From an uncultured Alphaproteobacteria bacterium (GTDB lineage: Bacteria; Pseudomonadota; Alphaproteobacteria; HIMB59; GCA-002718135): a stretch of DNA of 64,000 bases. The number at the start of each line of letters is the position of its first letter. Position 1 is the stretch's first letter. The stretch spans positions 8,207-72,206 of the forward strand of contig CABXIT010000001.1 in the NCBI GenBank assembly GCA_902512325.1, read 5' to 3'. The position numbers and the translations under genes are program-made. The notes beneath the pieces are model-generated. The model did not search any database, was not told the DNA's origin, and worked only from the letters and a program-made list of their open reading frames with translations. Shown piece by piece: positions 1 to 11,267 of the stretch.

Positions 1-1
1 G

Positions 2-562
2 ATGTTGGAAAAAAAATATGAAGAAAAAATTTCTAATCAACAATTAGCTTCTTATTTAATGTATCCAAAAGTTTTTGAAGATTTTATGAATCATCGTCAA
101 GATTTTAGTGATACATCTATTTTATCAACAGAATTATTTTTTTACGGACCTATTCCAGATAGAGAATACTCTTTACCAATTGATAAGGGAAAAAACCTTA
201 TCGTTCGATATTTAGCAAAAGGTGAGCCTGGGGCAAATGGCTCAAGTTCTGTGTTTTTTGAATTAAATGGTCAACCAAGGACTATTGAAATTGTTAATAA
301 GGAATTTTCTAAAAATGTTTCTATTAAACCTAGGGCAGAAGAAGGGAATATAAATCATATAGGTTCGCCACTTCCAGGGCAGGTTGCTAAAGTATTTGTT
401 CTTGAAGGTGAAAAAATAATCAAAGGTGATAGAGTTTTGGTTATAGAAGCAATGAAAATGGAAACAATTATTTCCGCAGGGAAAAGTGGTATTATTAAAA
501 AAATCTTGGTGAATTCAGGAGACAACGTTGAGACAAAGGATCTGTTAGCTGAAATTGAATAA
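2..562 (+). CDS. pyc: Pyruvate carboxylase, C-terminal fragment (tetramerisation region plus biotinyl/BCCP domain). The 5' end lies outside the window.
   Basis: The ORF runs to the window edge. It has the biotin attachment motif EAMKMET and FELNGQPR, which is typical of the pyruvate carboxylase C-terminus. Confidence 0.8.
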   Translation: MLEKKYEEKISNQQLASYLMYPKVFEDFMNHRQDFSDTSILSTELFFYGPIPDREYSLPIDKGKNLIVRYLAKGEPGANGSSSVFFELNGQPRTIEIVNKEFSKNVSIKPRAEEGNINHIGSPLPGQVAKVFVLEGEKIIKGDRVLVIEAMKMETIISAGKSGIIKKILVNSGDNVETKDLLAEIE

Positions 563-564
563 TT

Positions 565-1086
565 TTAATTTATCAATTTAAATTCTCGATAACATTGTTC
601 TAGCGATTGTTTTGAGTTTAATAACACAGTCTTACCATTTCTTAATTCAAAGTACTCAACTCTTTTGATTGTTGATAATGTATTAAAAAATAAAAATAGT
701 TTGCAGCTATCACTATCATAACGAAGAGTATAGGTATTTCCATCAATTCTTGAAAGTTGGGGCAGTCCCAATAAATTTAAAATTTTATCTTCAGTTTTTC
801 CAATAAAATTTATTTCAGCTAGTTTTTGTTGACTCTCAACTATATTTTTTTCTTCCTCTTGTTTTTCTTCAATATTTTCTATTTCTTCCTCTATTTCTTT
901 TTCTTCACTTGTCTTATTTAACAGTTCTTGCTTTTCAGTTTCTTTTTGAGGTACAGACTTTTTAACTCTTTCAGTTATGGTATTTGTTACCTTAATTACT
1001 TCTTTAGTAATCTCTACTGTAGCACAGCCCAAAACAAATAATGTTAGTATAAGAAATAAAAATATCCGCATTGCTCTTATGATCAA
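565..1086 (-). CDS. Hypothetical lipoprotein with a Glu/Lys-rich linker
   Basis: Signal peptide with a lipobox (LFVLGC), then the low-complexity stretch EEKEIEEEIENIEEKQEEEK. No family recognised. Confidence 0.5.
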   Translation of the reverse strand: MIIRAMRIFLFLILTLFVLGCATVEITKEVIKVTNTITERVKKSVPQKETEKQELLNKTSEEKEIEEEIENIEEKQEEEKNIVESQQKLAEINFIGKTEDKILNLLGLPQLSRIDGNTYTLRYDSDSCKLFLFFNTLSTIKRVEYFELRNGKTVLLNSKQSLEQCYREFKLIN

Positions 1087-1101
1087 ATATATATATGTAA
1101 T

Positions 1102-1728
1102 ATGTTTATGATTACACCTATTAAATCATCTTTCTTAGAATACAAAATGACTATTTTAAGAAATAAAAAAACTCCTAATTCTTTGTTTAGACAAACAATG
1201 AACGAAGCTAGTTATTTAATTGCTGCTGAGGTGCTTAAATATTTACAATATAAAAAAACCTCTGTTCAAACACCTTTGATCAAAACTACAGGTTTAGAAT
1301 TAGCCCAACAAGTAATCTTAGTTCCAATTTTAAGAGCTGGTCTCGGATTATTAGAGGGTTTTGTTAAATTTTTACCCGAAGCAGAAAAAGGTCACATTGG
1401 TTTGTATCGTGATGAACAAACATATGAGCCCGTTGAGTATTTGTTTAAACTCCCTAAAACAAAAAATAAAAAAGTTTTGGTGCTTGATCCAATGTTGGCA
1501 ACCGGCAATTCATCAATAGCTGCAATTAATTTAATTAAAAATAACGGAGTAAAAATAAAAGATATTTTTCTAGTTTCTCTTCTTGCGGCACCTGAGGGAA
1601 TTAAAAATTTACAAAAAAAACACCGCTCTCTTCGCATTTTTACGTGCAAAATTGACGCTAAATTGAATAAAAACAAGTTCATTGTCCCCGGTCTTGGTGA
1701 TGCTGGTGATCGATATATGGGCACCTAG
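1102..1728 (+). CDS. upp: Uracil phosphoribosyltransferase
   Basis: 208 aa. PRPP-binding loop VLVLDPMLATGNS and C-terminal GLGDAGDRYMGT, both UPRTase hallmarks. Confidence 0.9.
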   Translation: MFMITPIKSSFLEYKMTILRNKKTPNSLFRQTMNEASYLIAAEVLKYLQYKKTSVQTPLIKTTGLELAQQVILVPILRAGLGLLEGFVKFLPEAEKGHIGLYRDEQTYEPVEYLFKLPKTKNKKVLVLDPMLATGNSSIAAINLIKNNGVKIKDIFLVSLLAAPEGIKNLQKKHRSLRIFTCKIDAKLNKNKFIVPGLGDAGDRYMGT

Positions 1729-1836
1729 ATTATTTATCCACGATATAAGCGTTTAATTAATTTTATTAATTTTTTTTTAAGATAATAATGCTATCTATTA
1801 ACTATCTATTTAGGAAATAATGAGGAGATATTCACT

Positions 1837-2814
1837 ATGAAAAAAATATTAAATATTTTTGTTGTATCTTTCGCACTTGTATTTTCATCAAATCTTTTTG
1901 CAAATAAAATTGGTGTTATTTATGACTCTGGCGGAAAATTCGACAAATCTTTTAACGAATTAGCATTTAGAACTGCTGAAAGAGTAAAAAATGAACTTGG
2001 TTGGGATATGATTGAGTTTGAAGCTGCAAACAACACTCAGATCGAACAAGGTATGAGAAAAGTTGCGGATAGAGGAGCTACACTAGTTGTTGCAATGGGC
2101 TTTGCTCAAGCTGATGCAGTTGCTGCTATTGCACCACAGTATCCCGATGTTAACTTTGTTGCGGTGGATGTATGTTGGGTAGATGATCCTGCAGCAAATA
2201 TTTATCAAGCTTGTTATTTAGAGCACGAAGGTTCATTTCTGGTAGGAGTAATTGCTGCTATGGCATCAAAAACTGGAACAATAGGATTTGTTGGTGGAAT
2301 GGATATTCCATTAATTCGAAAATTCCAAGGCGGTTATGAACAGGGCGCTTTATATGCTAATCCTGATATTAAAATACTGGCAAACATGACAGGCACAACT
2401 CCTGAAGCTTGGAACAATCCAACTAAAGGTGCAGAGTTAACTAAAGCACAAATTGATGGTGGTGCAGATGTTGTTTACCAAGCAGCTGGCGGAACCGGTA
2501 TTGGAGTTCTTCAAGCTGCTGCGGATGCTGGAATTTATGGTATCGGTGTTGATACTAATCAAAACTGGATGCATCCAGGAAGCATGTTAACCTCTATGTT
2601 AAAGCGTTTGGATCTAACGATCTTTGAACAAGCTGAAAAAACTGCTGCTGGAACTTTCGAGTCAGGCATTAATATACTTGGACTTGCCCAAGGCATGGTT
2701 GGATATGCTATGGAAGATGGTCAAGTAACCGCTGATATGCAAAGTGCTGCTGATGCAGCTGCTGCAGATATAATTAGTGGCGCTATTACTGTTGCTGACT
2801 GGTCACAGGAATAA
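1837..2814 (+). CDS. BMP-family (basic membrane protein/PnrA-like) ABC substrate-binding protein, probably nucleoside-binding
   Basis: Signal peptide, DKSFN motif and GVD(T)NQ motif. It is followed by a duplicated-ATPase gene and two permease genes, the typical nucleoside ABC layout. Confidence 0.85.
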   Translation: MKKILNIFVVSFALVFSSNLFANKIGVIYDSGGKFDKSFNELAFRTAERVKNELGWDMIEFEAANNTQIEQGMRKVADRGATLVVAMGFAQADAVAAIAPQYPDVNFVAVDVCWVDDPAANIYQACYLEHEGSFLVGVIAAMASKTGTIGFVGGMDIPLIRKFQGGYEQGALYANPDIKILANMTGTTPEAWNNPTKGAELTKAQIDGGADVVYQAAGGTGIGVLQAAADAGIYGIGVDTNQNWMHPGSMLTSMLKRLDLTIFEQAEKTAAGTFESGINILGLAQGMVGYAMEDGQVTADMQSAADAAAADIISGAITVADWSQE

Positions 2815-2833
2815 TTAAGTTTAAAAAATCTTT

Positions 2834-2872
2834 GGTGAGACCAAAACATAATAAGTAATTTATGGTCTCACC
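2834..2872 (+). promoter_or_regulatory. Intercistronic stem-loop overlapping the ATPase start codon
   Basis: Perfect 9-bp GC-rich inverted repeat: GGTGAGACC (2834-2842) and GGTCTCACC (2864-2872), with a 21-nt loop. The 3' arm begins at the G of the ATG at 2862-2864. Confidence 0.5.
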
Positions 2873-4382
2873 TATATTAGAGCTAAAAGATATAAATAAA
2901 TCTTTTGGTCACGTTCAGGCTAATAAAAATATTAATTTAATAATTAATAAAGGCACAATCCACGGAATTATTGGCGAAAATGGTGCCGGCAAATCGACTT
3001 TAATGAGCATTGTTTACGGACTTTATCAGGCTGACTCAGGAATAATTAGTGTTAACGGAAAAGAGATTAAACTTAAATCACCTAGAGACTCAATAGAAAA
3101 TGGAATTGGTATGGTGCACCAACATTTTATGCTTGTTGAGAATTTTACTGTTCTTGAAAATATTGTTTTAGGTTTTGAGGGTGAAATAATATTTGGAAAA
3201 AATTTAGAAAAAGCAAAAACAGATTTAAAAAATCTTTGCGACACTTACAATTTAAATGTTGATCTTGACTCTATAATTGCAGATTTGTCTGTAGGGTTTC
3301 GTCAACGAGTAGAAATTTTAAAATCACTGTACCGTGGTGCAGAGGTGTTTATTTTAGATGAGCCCACAGGAGTTTTAACGCCCCAAGAAGTAGATGAATT
3401 ATTTAAAATTCTCCGCTCTTTAAAAGAAGAGGGAAAAACAATTGTGTTAATTACTCACAAGTTAAACGAAATAATGGACTTAACGAGTGAAGTTTCAGTA
3501 ATGCGTCAAGGGGAAGTTGTAGGACATACCGCAACTGAATCTACAAACAGAGAAAAGCTTGCAGAAATGATGGTGGGAAGAAGTGTGCTACTAAGAATTA
3601 ATAAATCAAAAGTTGAAACAGGCGATGTTGTTTTTAAGGTAGAAAATTTAACAGTAAAAGACGACCTTGATGTTACAAGGGTGAAGAATGTTAACTTAGA
3701 AATACATGCAGGGGAAATTTTGGGTTTAGCCGGGGTTACAGGCAATGGACAAACTGAACTATTAGAAGCTTTATCAGGTATAAGACAAGTTGAGTCGGGG
3801 GAAATTTATCTCAATGGAGAAAAAATATCCGATAATTCTGAGTTGCTTAACCCAAGAGAACTTAAAGAAAAAGGACTAGCACATGTTCCTGAGGACCGTC
3901 AGAGAATGGGATTAGTGACCGACTTTAAAGCCTATGAAAATTTGATTTTTGGCTATCATGATCAAGAACCATATTCAAAATCTTCAATAATGAAAGATAA
4001 TAAAATTATAGATTATTCAAAAAAAGTTATGGAAGAATATGATGTAAGGCCAAGGTCTCCACATTTAATTACTTCTAACTTTTCTGGCGGTAACCAGCAA
4101 AAACTTATTTTAAGTAGAGAGTTAAATGAAAGTCCTAAAGTGTTACTTGTAGGTCAGCCAACAAGAGGAGTGGATATAGGTGCAATAGAATTTATTCATC
4201 AAAGATTAATAGATATGCGTGACAGGGGTGCCGCTATATTATTAGTTTCGGTTGAGTTAGAAGAAGTGCTTTCATTATCTGATAGAATAGTGGTGATGTT
4301 TGATGGCAATATTGTTGGAGAAAGAGTTAATAAAGATGTTACAGATCGTGAACTTGGTTTGTTGATGGCTGGAGTAGCTTAA
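2862..4382 (+). CDS. ABC transporter ATP-binding protein with two fused ATPase domains (sugar/nucleoside type)
   Basis: 506 aa. Walker A GENGAGKST, signatures LSVGFRQR and FSGGNQQK, and two Walker B motifs. Confidence 0.9.
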   Translation: MVSPILELKDINKSFGHVQANKNINLIINKGTIHGIIGENGAGKSTLMSIVYGLYQADSGIISVNGKEIKLKSPRDSIENGIGMVHQHFMLVENFTVLENIVLGFEGEIIFGKNLEKAKTDLKNLCDTYNLNVDLDSIIADLSVGFRQRVEILKSLYRGAEVFILDEPTGVLTPQEVDELFKILRSLKEEGKTIVLITHKLNEIMDLTSEVSVMRQGEVVGHTATESTNREKLAEMMVGRSVLLRINKSKVETGDVVFKVENLTVKDDLDVTRVKNVNLEIHAGEILGLAGVTGNGQTELLEALSGIRQVESGEIYLNGEKISDNSELLNPRELKEKGLAHVPEDRQRMGLVTDFKAYENLIFGYHDQEPYSKSSIMKDNKIIDYSKKVMEEYDVRPRSPHLITSNFSGGNQQKLILSRELNESPKVLLVGQPTRGVDIGAIEFIHQRLIDMRDRGAAILLVSVELEEVLSLSDRIVVMFDGNIVGERVNKDVTDRELGLLMAGVA

Positions 4383-5500
4383 TGAGTGCTGCAGTAGATA
4401 AGTCAAAAGTGCCTTGGTGGGTTTCGAACTTAATAGTTCCACTAGTAAATTTAACTTTAGCTCTTTTTGTTTCTGCTCTGTTTATTTTTATTGCAGGTGA
4501 AAACCCCGTACAGGCTGTTAAACTAATTATTTATGGATCTTTTGGTTACTTAGAGGGATTTGCTTATACTCTTTATTATACAACCAATTTTATTTTCACT
4601 GGCCTTGCTTTTGCTGTTGCATTTCATTGCCGACTTTTCAATATTGGGGGTGAGGGACAAGCTTATATAGGAGGGCTCGGAGTTTTTCTTGTTGCAATTA
4701 ATGTTAGTTTTCTTCCTGTTCCAATTATTTGGCTTCTTTCAATAGCTGGGGCTTTTGTTTTTGGTGCTGCTTGGGCATTTATCCCAGCTTACTTACAAGC
4801 AAAAAGAGGTAGTCATGTAGTTATTACAACAATCATGTTTAATTTTATAGCATCTTCACTAATGGTTTATTTGTTAGTCGATGTTATTCGTGACATGGAA
4901 CAAATGGGCCCCCACACAGTTGCGTTGCCAAAAGAAATGTGGCTTCCAAGCTTTAAAGATTTTGTCGCTTTATTTGGCATTAAAATCAGATACTCTCCTC
5001 TCAACCTGTCTTTTCTTTTAGCAATCGCGGCATCTTTTTTCGTTTGGTTTCTGGTTTGGAAAACTAAATGGGGGTATGAAATGAGGGCTGTTGGACATAA
5101 TACACAAGCAGCTATATATGCGGGCATTTCTCCATATAAAAATATTATTATAGCGATGTTGATCTCTGGAGGTTTAGCAGGACTATTAAGTATCAATGAA
5201 ATTTTAGGCGTTCATCATAAAATAGTCTCAGGGTTTCCAGCAGGATATGGCTTCACAGGAATTGCAGTTGCACTGATGGGAAGAAACCATCCAATTGGAA
5301 TATTCCCTGCAGCATTTTTATTTGGAATTTTATATCAAGGTGGATCAGAGGTAACTTTTGATATGCCAAACATAACGCGCTACATGTTTGTCGCTGTTCA
5401 AGGGGTTATAATTTTATTTAGTGGCGCTCTAGAGAATTTATTTAGACCTCAAATTGAAAGTTTTTTTGTAAGCAGACTTAAAAGAGAGGTTGATGCATAA
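4382..5500 (+). CDS. ABC transporter permease (BMP/nucleoside system)
   Basis: Polytopic membrane protein. Its start overlaps the ATPase stop (TAATG). Confidence 0.85.
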   Translation: MSAAVDKSKVPWWVSNLIVPLVNLTLALFVSALFIFIAGENPVQAVKLIIYGSFGYLEGFAYTLYYTTNFIFTGLAFAVAFHCRLFNIGGEGQAYIGGLGVFLVAINVSFLPVPIIWLLSIAGAFVFGAAWAFIPAYLQAKRGSHVVITTIMFNFIASSLMVYLLVDVIRDMEQMGPHTVALPKEMWLPSFKDFVALFGIKIRYSPLNLSFLLAIAASFFVWFLVWKTKWGYEMRAVGHNTQAAIYAGISPYKNIIIAMLISGGLAGLLSINEILGVHHKIVSGFPAGYGFTGIAVALMGRNHPIGIFPAAFLFGILYQGGSEVTFDMPNITRYMFVAVQGVIILFSGALENLFRPQIESFFVSRLKREVDA

Positions 5501-6471
5501 TGGAATTTTTATCAGATATAGCTTCTCTAATAAATTCGACGTTGAGAATTTCAACTCCATTAGTTTTTGCTGCAATGGCTGGTATATTTGCTGAACGATC
5601 AGGTGTTATAGATTTTAGCTTAGAAGGTAAAATGCTAATGGCTGCTTTTGTAGCTGCAGTTGGTTCATATTTTTTTGGTAATCCATGGGTTGGATTATTA
5701 ATGGCTATTGTTGCCTGTGTAAGCTTATCAATGTTACATGGTTTTGCATCAGTAACTCACAAAGGTGATCAAGTTGTATCTTGTGTTGCTATTAATATTT
5801 TAATAATTGGTTTGACAACTGCCTTAGCTGCGGCTTGGTTTGGGCAAGCAGGCCTAACACCAACCCTTACTAATGAGCAGAGATTTTTAGAAATTACTCT
5901 TCCTTTTGCAGATGCCTTACAAAATGTTCCGGTTATTGGATTTATATATAGTGACATCATCAGCGGACATTATATTTTTGTTTATTTAGCCTATCTATCA
6001 GTTCCAATTGTTTATTGGGTAGTATTTAAAACCAGTTTTGGATTACGAGTAAGAGCAGTAGGTGAAAATCCAAGTGCGGTTGATACAGCGGGAATTAATG
6101 TTTTTACAACGAGGTATAAAGCACTTGCAATCAATGGAGTTTTGATTGCTTTTGCGGGCGCGCATTTATCAACTGCTGTTAATGCTAATTTTTTTAGAGA
6201 AATGTCTGCAGGGCGAGGGTACTTAGCTCTAGCAGCAATGATCTTTGGAAAATGGCATCCAAAAACTGCTCTAATTGCTTGTTTATTATTTGGTTTTACA
6301 GATGCGATGCAAATTAGGTTACAAGGAGTTGAGCTACCAATGGTAGGGACAATCCCTGTTCAGCTTATACAAGCCATACCATATGTTTTAACCGTTGTGT
6401 TGCTTGCAGGTTTTGTTGGTAAGGCAATAGCGCCAAGTGCGATTGGACAGCCTTATATAAAAGAAAGATAA
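5500..6471 (+). CDS. ABC transporter permease (BMP/nucleoside system, second subunit)
   Basis: Polytopic membrane protein. Its start overlaps the previous stop. Confidence 0.85.
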   Translation: MEFLSDIASLINSTLRISTPLVFAAMAGIFAERSGVIDFSLEGKMLMAAFVAAVGSYFFGNPWVGLLMAIVACVSLSMLHGFASVTHKGDQVVSCVAINILIIGLTTALAAAWFGQAGLTPTLTNEQRFLEITLPFADALQNVPVIGFIYSDIISGHYIFVYLAYLSVPIVYWVVFKTSFGLRVRAVGENPSAVDTAGINVFTTRYKALAINGVLIAFAGAHLSTAVNANFFREMSAGRGYLALAAMIFGKWHPKTALIACLLFGFTDAMQIRLQGVELPMVGTIPVQLIQAIPYVLTVVLLAGFVGKAIAPSAIGQPYIKER

Positions 6472-6477
6472 AATATT

Positions 6478-6508
6478 AAATTACGACCATTATAAATAGT
6501 CGTAATTT
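6478..6508. terminator. Bidirectional hairpin between the convergent permease gene and katG
   Basis: 10-bp stem AAATTACGAC/GTCGTAATTT with an 11-nt loop and T-rich flanks on both strands. Confidence 0.5.
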
Positions 6509-6522
6509 GTAAAATTTACTAA

Positions 6523-8670
<2,148 letters not shown>

Positions 8671-8724
8671 TTATGAATTACTATAGATATATAAATAAAA
8701 GTAATTAAAGCAAAGAAAAATAGA

Positions 8725-9147
8725 TCAAATTTTACTAAAATTTATGTTAAAATTTGCGGGCTTCCAATTCTTTTGGGCTAATTCAAAATCTTCATAATCA
8801 AACCCTGGAGAAACTGTACAACCAATTAAACTATACTGCCCATTTGATTGCATAGCGAACCAACTATTAGCCTTAACAATAAAATGAAAATTATCATTCT
8901 CACCTATAGTAACCGATGTAAAGTCAATACCATCTCTAGAGATATAAATTGTAAGTGGATCACCTTCATAAAAATGTAATATTTCATTTTTTGTTAATCG
9001 GTGCCAATGTGACCATTCATTTTTTTGAAGCATGTAATAAATTAAACTAACGTTATTATTTTCATCACGAAATGACTCGGAGAAATGACCACCTTCAGGG
9101 TGGGCAACCATATTTAGTTTTTTTATTAACTCTTGAGCGTTAGTCAT
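8725..9147 (-). CDS. Cupin-fold protein of the DUF985 family
   Basis: 140 aa. Motifs HPEGGHF, SHWHRL and GCTVSPGFDYEDFEL. Confidence 0.75.
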   Translation of the reverse strand: MTNAQELIKKLNMVAHPEGGHFSESFRDENNNVSLIYYMLQKNEWSHWHRLTKNEILHFYEGDPLTIYISRDGIDFTSVTIGENDNFHFIVKANSWFAMQSNGQYSLIGCTVSPGFDYEDFELAQKNWKPANFNINFSKI

Positions 9148-9159
9148 GAAAAATGTAGA

Positions 9160-9750
9160 TTAGAGTAAGTGGCCAAGCTTCTTTACTTTTGTTGATATAT
9201 ATTTTTCATTATATTTATTGGTACTAGAGTGAAGTGGTACACGTTGATTAACAACAACACCCATGACCTCAAGAGCTTTTATTTTTTTTGGATTGTTTGT
9301 CATTAAATCAACCTCTTTTATTCCAAGAAAGTTTATCATATCCGATACAATCTCATAGCCTCTTTCATCTTCCTTAAAACCTAATTGATGATTTGCTTCT
9401 ACAGTATCCAAACCTTTGTCTTGAAGATTATAAGCCCTAATTTTATTTGAAAGACCAATTCCTCTACCCTCTTGTTGAAGGTAAAAAACAACTCCGCGAC
9501 CTCTTTCTGCAATTTGATTAAGTGACTTGGTCAATTGAAATCGACAATCACAACGCATACTAAAAAAGGATTCTCCCGTGATACACTGTGAGTGTATTCT
9601 GCTTAGGACAGGCTCATTTGTTAATAAATCTCCCATTCCTATAGCTAAATGATCTTTAGAATCTTTTTCATCAGTAAAAGCATGTACGGTAAACTCCCCT
9701 ACATCCGTTGGTAATTTACTGGTTTCTATAAACTTTAGTTTTGATGTCAT
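9160..9750 (-). CDS. ribA: GTP cyclohydrolase II (monofunctional, no RibB domain)
   Basis: 196 aa. Zinc-site motif RIHSQCITGE..CDCR, plus YLQQEGRGIGL. Confidence 0.9.
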   Translation of the reverse strand: MTSKLKFIETSKLPTDVGEFTVHAFTDEKDSKDHLAIGMGDLLTNEPVLSRIHSQCITGESFFSMRCDCRFQLTKSLNQIAERGRGVVFYLQQEGRGIGLSNKIRAYNLQDKGLDTVEANHQLGFKEDERGYEIVSDMINFLGIKEVDLMTNNPKKIKALEVMGVVVNQRVPLHSSTNKYNEKYISTKVKKLGHLL

Positions 9751-9795
9751 AAGTAGACCATTGCTTTAAGCCTTTATAATTAATTGTAAATAAAA

Positions 9796-10269
9796 TTATA
9801 ACTTTGTTGGATTCGGAGCATCACCGTAAACTTCTTTTGGATCAAAAACTTTCTCTTTTTCTTCAAATTGCAAAACCGTTGATGAGTTGCTTCTTCCAAA
9901 AGACACACTTCTATAAAAACACGACCTGTATCCTACATGACAACTTGCTCCACCCTGAACATTTACACGCAACCATACAGAGTCTTGATCATCATCAATT
10001 CTTATCTCTTTTATTGTTTGCACAAGCCCACTCGTCTTGCCTTTGTGCCATAAAGTTTTTCTGCTACGAGAATAATAAACTGCCTCACCTAATGAAATTG
10101 TTTTTTTAAATGCTTCTTCGTTCATGTAGCCTTGCATTAAAACTTCTCCAGAATCAAAGTCAGTTGTTACAACGGGTATCAGTCCATCCTGATCAAATTT
10201 CGGAGCTAATTCTGTAGACTCTTCAACTTGTTCAATTGTTTTTCTTTTTTCAAATTTAATATCACTCAT
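9796..10269 (-). CDS. hisI: Phosphoribosyl-AMP cyclohydrolase (monofunctional)
   Basis: 157 aa. Motifs YSRSR..LWHKGKTSG and DDDQD, plus a C-terminal Cys cluster. Confidence 0.9.
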   Translation of the reverse strand: MSDIKFEKRKTIEQVEESTELAPKFDQDGLIPVVTTDFDSGEVLMQGYMNEEAFKKTISLGEAVYYSRSRKTLWHKGKTSGLVQTIKEIRIDDDQDSVWLRVNVQGGASCHVGYRSCFYRSVSFGRSNSSTVLQFEEKEKVFDPKEVYGDAPNPTKL

Positions 10270-11266
10270 TGTTTAATTCCTCAGCAATCTCTTTTGCAAA
10301 ATAAGTTAAAATACCATCAGCACCAGCTCTTTTAAACGATAAGAGAGACTCCTTAATTACTTTAGAATCTAGCCAATTATTATCTATCGCTCCTTTGATC
10401 ATAGCGTACTCACCTGATACTTGATAAGCAAAAGTAGGAATATTGAATTTTGATTTTATTCTTTGAATAATATCAAGATAAGGCATGCCTGGTTTAACCA
10501 TAACCATATCAGCTCCTTCCTTAATATCTAGAGCAACTTCTCTTAGAGCCTCATTACTATTTGCAACATCCATTTGGTAAGTGGATTTACTACCACCTTT
10601 TAAATTTCCAGAAGAACTTATGGCATCTCTAAACGGGCCATAAAATTTTGAAGCATACTTAGCGGCGTAAGAAAGTATCAAAGTATTTTGAAAATTATTT
10701 TCATCAAGAGCTTTTCTTATTCTACCAACCCTCCCATCCATCATATCCGATGGGGCAATAATATCACATCCTGCAGTAGCTTGAACTAGCGCTTGTTTTT
10801 CTAAAACTTTTAATGTTGCATCATTATCAATAATATCATTAATAATTAGACCATCATGCCCATGATCAGTAAAAGGATCTAGCGCAACATCACAAATAAC
10901 ACCAAGGTCAGGAAAGTTTTTTTTGATAGACTTTATTGTGCGACAAATTAAATTATTCTCATCTATTGCCTGTGAGCCATTTTCATCTTTTAAGTCACTA
11001 TCAATTTGGGGAAATAATGCAATTGCAGGTATTTTTAATTTAACAGCAGTTTCTAATTCTTTTAAGATGTTATCAATAGAGTATCTACAGATACCTGGCA
11101 TAGAGTTTATTTTATCTGCAATATTGTTTCCTTCACAAACAAATAAGGGCCAAATTAAATCATTAACAGATAGGTTGTTTTCACTAATCATTCTTCTAGA
11201 AAATTCTTTCATACGAAGTCTTCTTAGTCGTGTAGTTGGAAACTGTCCTATATTAAAGTCTGACAT
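10262..11266 (-). CDS. hemB: Porphobilinogen synthase (delta-aminolevulinate dehydratase)
   Basis: 334 aa. Motifs RLRR, DVALDPFT, MVKPG.PYLD and YQVSGEYAM. Confidence 0.95.
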   Translation of the reverse strand: MSDFNIGQFPTTRLRRLRMKEFSRRMISENNLSVNDLIWPLFVCEGNNIADKINSMPGICRYSIDNILKELETAVKLKIPAIALFPQIDSDLKDENGSQAIDENNLICRTIKSIKKNFPDLGVICDVALDPFTDHGHDGLIINDIIDNDATLKVLEKQALVQATAGCDIIAPSDMMDGRVGRIRKALDENNFQNTLILSYAAKYASKFYGPFRDAISSSGNLKGGSKSTYQMDVANSNEALREVALDIKEGADMVMVKPGMPYLDIIQRIKSKFNIPTFAYQVSGEYAMIKGAIDNNWLDSKVIKESLLSFKRAGADGILTYFAKEIAEELNNE

Positions 11267-11267
11267 A

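Noticed and set aside
1392-1724. 110-aa ORF antisense to upp
   Set aside because: It lies entirely inside the well-supported upp gene on the opposite strand. It has an odd composition and no recognisable motif, as expected for a shadow ORF.
3026-5960. Antisense ORFs 3026..3244, 3506..3745, 4867..5196 and 5769..5960 within the ABC transporter genes
   Set aside because: Each is nested in a confidently called transporter gene on the other strand. They have low-complexity Ser/Pro/Thr-rich translations and no family signal.
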